Shown piece by piece: positions 57,419 through 64,000 of a DNA stretch of 64,000 bases. Position 1 is the stretch's first letter, and each line of letters starts with the position of its first letter. Below the pieces are notes generated by a model that saw only the letters and a list, made by a program, of their open reading frames with translations, made no database searches and was not told the origin of the DNA. The position numbers and the translations under genes are program-made. Origin of the DNA: Trichoplax sp. H2 (taxonomy: Eukaryota); the NCBI GenBank assembly GCA_003344405.1, contig NOWV01000021.1, forward strand, positions 682,001 to 746,000, in the 5' to 3' direction.

Positions 57419-58452
57419 TCAACAGTAACAGCATCGTAATACAGTAATTCAATCTCTCTCTTTTTACAGTACAGTGTACAGTGTACAGTAGTGTACTGTA
57501 CTCACTGTACTGTAAAATAGTCTTTCGACTAGAGTACAGTACAGTACAGTACTGTAACAGTACAGTACTAGATGATTTTTTCTTTATACTCTAGCTGTAT
57601 GGGTTTGTATGTGCATGGCATGAGCATTGAGCAAGCGTATTGGCTTGTCGTGACCTATTTGATGGATTTCGTGACCATCTGCAGTTTCTACATTCTCAAT
57701 CTGTTGACATTGTACTGTAGGTCGTCCATTGTTGTACAGTTCAACCCGTACTGTACAGTGCAGTAAACGATGATCTTTTTGTATAGTACTGTACTGTACA
57801 GTAGTTTCTACTTTCAGTTACAGTGCTGTGTCTTGTAGCTGTAGAGTATCTAGTACTGTAACTGACTTCTGGTTTTGGAAGGATCTCGAAGGATTGTGTA
57901 CAGTACAGTATGTTACGATAGTGTTATTGGCATTTTTAGAAATTGATTACACAGTATTCATACATACTGTATAATTATTGATATTGATTATTAATTATTT
58001 AAAAGCGTTATCACGAGTTCGCGACCCAAGGACAAGTTCTTCCCTGGAAAACATTCTGCAAAAGTAGTATGCGATGGTGATCGTGCCTTTTTCCATATAA
58101 TGATTGTAGCAGTAGTACAGTAATTGATTATTGCCCTTCAATCCGGTCAATAATCAACCGTACAAGAAAAAAATCGAACGATCGTATTGATTTGATTTGG
58201 CGCCTAGTACACTTCAAAAAAAAAATCAATTTTTTCTTGTCTACTACAGTACAACGTGTGCCAGCAGGAACAAGTCTTTGGCTTTAACTACTTGTACTTG
58301 TCTTACTCAACTCCACCGAAAATTGGTACAGTACGCTGACTAATTACTATTCTTGAATTTCAAAGAATTGACTCGTGGCTGACGAAAAATCGCTTCCTTG
58401 GACTGAAATACTTTCTTGACCCCTATATACTGTATACCTATAGAGATACAGG

Positions 58453-61231
58453 ATGGATGACTTGTACAAATTTCTACAATTACAACCCAATGATAGCAGT
58501 TTTAAAGATGTTACCGAGAATCATAACTCTGGTATAATATCAAGGAAAGAAGATTTATTGAAAGAGGATATTGCAACTTTCTATGACGGTAAGATTGATT
58601 TATTTGTGGTTCCGTAATATCGACTTGGTTGCCTTGACCAATAGTTTTGTTCAATTATCACCAAATCAACCGAACACTTCTCTCAAGTTAAAATATCATT
58701 GCATACGACCCGGAATGTACAGTACAGTATGCTACAGATACCTTTTGAAGTATCATTTCAACTGGAAGATTAATCAATCAATTGATTACTTTAAACTGAT
58801 CCAAACACTATAACATAGTAGTATTAGTACAACGATTCATATTTTCCGCCGATTGACTTTGCAGTACTGTATCAACACTGATCTTCCTGGCATTTATTAT
58901 CACCATTTATAGATTCGTTATTCTGTATAGCAATGCATTTAGACAAAGTCATTGATAGAAGTGTAAAGGTCCTATGTAAACTGTAGCAGTTGGATATTAC
59001 TGTTGATATGCAGTGTACACATTTTAAAACTGTACTTTCTGACTTTAATTATTGCTCCAAAAAATTGGCCGATTCTACCATGATTAGTAGCTATTCTGTT
59101 GTCATAACACAATACAGTATAGTACACGTTTGGTCATGCAGGCCACCCTCCTTAAATCAGCTCCCCTATCGCCTTTCCTGCCTGAGCTATACTATATAGT
59201 GTTCATGTAGGACTTTAGAAAGATATGGCTAGTATAGTCATACGGCTACCTTTTCGATTTTATTTTATGTTGGCCGTAAAATCAAAGGTTTACAGTACAT
59301 AGTCTTGTACTGTACAGTAGGAGCATCCGGTACGGTACGGTACGCCTTCGGCAATAACGACAAATGACGACCTATCAACTCGACCGGGAACTTGTAAAAA
59401 GCCCCTGATCCGAACATACTTACAGGGATTGCAGCTAAAAATAGTAAATCTAATCTTAATATTCACCTCTCAAATTCTAAATGTAGTAGTTCCAATTGGT
59501 AGTTCTTACTGGTACTTTCGATAGGGATTCATTTACTGTTAATTGACAGACTACTGTACAGTGCAGTACAGCAATATTAATTTATTAATTCAAGTACGAG
59601 AAAGCCGCGGTAAAGTGCTAAAGTACGTACAGTAGTGGTAGGAAAGGCTTCACTACTTTCATCACGAACGTCTTCGATTTTAGGCTATATACAGTCCCTC
59701 ACTAATTCACTATATTCTTTATGACTGCCTAACGCAGTGTTACATGATACTACAGGAGCAGGAAATAAAAGATTTCCGGTTCCATTTCCTTCTTGCTCAT
59801 AACTACAAACTCATTTACTGTACTGTACAGTACAGTAAGTGATTTTATAGGCTAAATGTCGAGGAATCTCTGGAACGTTTTGTAAACTATCGTAAAATAA
59901 TATCATGAGACCCCAACTCCTGATATACTGGAATAGCGTCGGCATCCCAAATTCGTAATTAATTTAATTTAATTTTGTATAGACTTTAAATTACTTGTAC
60001 GTATGCTATTACTGAAGTACTAGGATACATTCGATGGGGCCCAACTTTAACGTCATATTAACAAATACTTAGCGTTTATAAAGCCTAAATACACGCTCGT
60101 TTATTACAAGAATCGATCACACGGTCTTGGTCTAGAATTGTTTTACCATTTGATGGGTAATATTCATATCTTAATATCATACAAATTTAGAATTGTTGGA
60201 TGCCTTGAAAGCTAGTCATGAATTTGAAAAGAGCTTGAGGTGTAAGCGAAAATATATGGATTACTTTTTGGATAATACCGGAAGCAATTTTTGCCCTGGA
60301 AAAGATGATCCAATCTTCTATGATATGTTGGTAACTTTAGAAGAGGTTTATTCGGGATGCCTAAAAGTAGCTAAAATTAAACGCAATGTAAGAAAGTCAC
60401 TGGCTAAAATTTCTATAAATTTTTTTCATCGATTTTTGTATTCTCGAAAAATTAACCATCATATTTTTACTAGATCTTTGATTTTACTGGTTGTAAACAA
60501 TGTACGACGGATAAAAAATTAGAAATTACTGTTAAGTCGGGTGCTCCGCCTGGAACTCAATTTCGATTTGTAAATTTAGGAGATCAACATCACAACCGTA
60601 TTCCTGGTACGCGTCGTGTGCTTATATTTTATAAATTACTAGCTTATAAATTTTGATCAAGAAAAATATTTTTATGTTTATTAGCCGATATCGTGTTTAC
60701 GTTAAAAGAAAAGCCTCATGATAGATTTGTCCGCGTTAATTCCGATTTGCATTACGTTGCTTCAATCGACCTAAAAACTGTAAGATTTTACACAGTTTAC
60801 GTCTAGTAATGTTTATTGCTTTTGCCATGTAGGTTAATTACTTTAGTAACATGAACTAAAAATCAATTTTAAATTTAGAAGCTCATTCAAATTCACCAAT
60901 AAATATAATTATATTTATAGGCCGTCACAGGAGGAAGCATAGCAATCAAATCGATTGATGGAAAAGACCTACAAATTAAGTTAACAAATATTATTGAGTA
61001 AGTTTCGAGACTTAGCTGTTTTGTTATTAACCTTAGATTATATCAGTAACGCATCTTCTTGATTATAGGCCAAAATCTGTGATCGTCGTTCCAAATCAGG
61101 GCATGATAAGGTGTGATGATAAAAAGCGAGGTGATCTTGTTATTCGATTTGATGTTACGTTTCCGCTGATGGTAGATCCAATAAGCCGTATGATTATAAA
61201 TGAAGCGTTAGATGATGACAATAAATCATAA
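58453..61231 (+). CDS. DnaJ/Hsp40 class B C-terminal-domain protein (DNAJB13-like) with no recognisable intact J domain
   Basis: Exons ~60191-60387, 60474-60606, 60685-60780, 60921-60997, 61069-61231: DDPIFYDMLVTLEEVYSGCLKVAKIKR...LEITVKSG.PPGTQFRF...GDQ...PADIVFTLKEKPHDRFVR...GDLVIRFDVTFP. The candidate first exon 58453-58588 is less certain. Confidence 0.8.
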
Positions 61232-62806
61232 ACGACTTTGTTATTGCGTTGGGTGTTCTATAAAGATGTACCTCATTTACGATAATATCATTTTAACCTT
61301 AAATTTTAATAATTTATTCGCGATTTTATGTTTATTGAATTTTTAATGAAAAATATATACTATAAATTTTAAAATTCTTTTATTATGTATTAAAGTAGCA
61401 GGACCCACATGATTGCATATCTATATATATTCGGAGTGGGTACAACATGTCATTGAAACTGACACTGAAAATTATATTGTACTTTAACTTTATACAAATA
61501 CTATCAATATATCACACAGTTAACATATTCGTACTGTAATCTATAGATGCAACGTTTAAGATACTCTTAAGTATACTAGTTTCCCACGTATTTTCATGTG
61601 TTGTTCCAAGATACGGTATATACGCGTATATATAAAATATATATATGCATTCGTATTTATGAGAGTTCTAAGTGGCAGGCATGATGAAGTATGAACATCA
61701 TTTACGATGCTTTGAAGGGTTCTAGGTTGCATAATTTCATTCATTCAACGATAGACATTGTTAATATTTAGCTAATTCTGGCGTTGTAGGTTAGCCTAGA
61801 TACGTATTGTTTAAACTTGTTTTATTCTGAAGGTTACATTAAACAAAGTGATTATCATAGTTAGATTTACTACATGCTCTACTTGATAGTTTAGCAAGTT
61901 AATGACCAGTTATGATTTTTATTATAATAAGTGTAAGTCGAAAGCTATTAATCGTCGTTCAATGTGTTTTTGGTTATCTAAATGTATACGTTCATTTATA
62001 CTACAATATTATATCTGTACAGTAGTCGTGGCATTGATTTTGCTACCAAGTAATTTCTTGTTCTAACTCCTTATAAAGAGCAATAATTTGCTATTTCAGG
62101 ACATTTTAGTTAAATGAATAAAAAATTATAAATGCTCCGCAATTTTTGTCGTAAAAATTTCGCACTTTTAAAACGGGAATACCCGTACTTGCATACAGAG
62201 AATTTATCAGTATCTAAAGCCTTATTCCGACACTGATATCATCACAAAATTTGAATATTTCCCATTTTTTTTCCATTACAGTAATTGAGTCTTTCGAAAA
62301 TTTTTAAATCGCAAATCTAATAAAAGATCACTTGAAGTAGAATACAAAGCTATACAAAAAAATTCAATAAATTAAGATAATACAAACTAATCGTAATTGA
62401 TGCATATCAATATGCTATTGAAACGTAAATTCAGGAATTTATTGTAACTGTTATGGTATCATTCTTAGTAATTATTTTGGGATCATGTAACGGTACTACT
62501 TTTGTTGGGGTGTTTGCCTTCGCAGAATTTCCGAGTATAGTAACAGTCTATATTTCTCAAATTTCTTAATTATATTATCTGTTCTGTATATGAAAAGCCG
62601 ATATAACATATTTTCCCAATCATTCAATTCTTCTAGGTCGCACGAATTCCACTAGCAAAATCACAATAAAAATAAGCTTTAGAGTTAGAAAGCTATAGTC
62701 AGGAGAGATTACTCAACATAGAGTAGTAATAATACGGAAGCTCACATTTAAAGCTTTGTCATCTGATTGATCGAAATATTCTTTTACCGATTCTGCGACA
62801 TCTACA

Positions 62807-63867
62807 TCATAACATTACAAATTCATATTTATTTTTTATGTAAGGCAATCTTTCTTTAATTGCAAATTTCTTTTTCTGAGTAAATAACTGACCTGGATAG
62901 GTATTCCGCCAAGGTGGCATTGAAGTTAAGTTAGGCAATTTTTGTTGGTGATATGCTCTAACGGATTTATTTTCAATTCCATTCAAAGTAACACCAGTGA
63001 ATTCCCTTTCTTTTGCAAATTTTTCGCTTTGGTAATGTCGAATATCGCCTAATCGTCGCGAGGCGGAAGATGTTTCGAATAATTCATATGCAGTCAAGGT
63101 CCTTTGTCGAATATTATGTTTTCTACAATTAAGAGAAAAGCTGTAGTCATGTAGTTTCAATAAATATGTAAGATTATGATATAGAATCGAAGCTGCTTTT
63201 ATTATACTCGGATAAAGACAGGATCTTGATATAAAGCAGATAAGCTATAAGCTTATAAGTACTCGTACATAATAAGTAAGCATAGCTGACAGTGGCTTAA
63301 ATGTACTATGATAATTGATACCCTTTCACTGCTTCTTCATACAATAATATCTGGATGCTAAAAGATACTGACTTCTGGATACTTTACGCATATTCTCATA
63401 CAAAGTGGAACTTACGCTTCTAGATTACTACGGTAATTTGAAGAAATAGGTAAGGGACTGCTTCTTTTCCTGTATATTTCTTGATTATTTATTTCTCCAG
63501 TAAATCGCACTGTTTTAAGAATTATACAATACAAAGTAGTCAATAATAATAGTAATATAAGACATAATTACATCTGCTATATTAAGAAAAGCTCGCTAAC
63601 AATATCTAGTATAACAGAATAAGCAGTGATAAATGAAGTACAGGTATACAAATTTGCAATACTAATTAGTTTAGTCATGTTAACCTTGTTCTAAGGGATG
63701 ATTCCAGTGCGTTGTCCTGGTATATTCGCTATAAAAACAATATGCATTTAGTACGCTTGAATTATATATTATGAGAAAAAAAAATGTAATAGGGATACAA
63801 TAATTTGAATTAGCATCAATTCTTTAAGATAAATCCTAACAAGCTGCTGGCTCTCTTCATTATCCAT
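62807..63867 (-). CDS. Hypothetical basic protein, 158 aa, no recognised family
   Basis: GT-AG exons 63867-63841, 63728-63685, 63469-63416, 63357-63322 and 63122-62807 sum to 477 nt with consistent phases: MDNEESQQLRIYQDNALESSLRTRKRSSPLP...EEAVKGKHNIRQRTLTAYELFETSS...KYEFVML*. The gene may extend further 5'. Confidence 0.55.
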
Positions 63868-64000
63868 CCAGCTGATTGAGAATAATTGTCATATACTGAA
63901 GCATCACCTATAGTGTTAGGTAAGTTAAATTTAATACAATGTTTGTGATATATTTATTTTATTAATTATAAACACGGTAAGTTCCATTATTTCATATCCT

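Noticed and set aside
63685..63728. WW-domain-like TTHWNHP in one frame
   Set aside because: The spacing to the upstream Trp is too short and that frame hits stops in the next exon; another frame splices consistently.

Overview
AT-rich, intron-dense eukaryotic (animal) genomic DNA with compact genes and mostly 60-300 nt introns. This architecture suggests an early-branching metazoan such as the placozoan Trichoplax (inference, not shown by the sequence). By manual splicing I can reconstruct about 15 genes: the 3' part of ITPK1, a divergent profilin-like gene, LYSET/TMEM251, a three-exon Harbinger/HARBI1-like gene, C19orf47-like, UQCC3/CBP4, SLC30A6 (ZnT6), a secreted multi-EGF protein, CEBPZOS, GLO1, FEZ/UNC-76, MCM5, Ena/VASP, a DnaJ C-terminal-domain protein and an orphan gene. 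The most unusual locus is 9.6-14.2 kb. There an intact, spliced Harbinger-transposase-derived gene has lost three of its four metal-binding acidic residues. Just upstream lies a GC-richer modular 7-copy tandem array in which most units carry a splice-site-flanked mini-exon on the same strand and can fold into a closed stem-loop. Other observations: TACAGTA/TACTGTA clusters at divergent promoters, roughly 170-230 nt tandem repeats in first introns, apparent ancient synteny with the human 2p/11q/14q/19q paralogon, and two N gaps, one flanked by a probable haplotype duplication artefact. Gene identities come from remembered family motifs, not database searches; exon coordinates are hand-derived.
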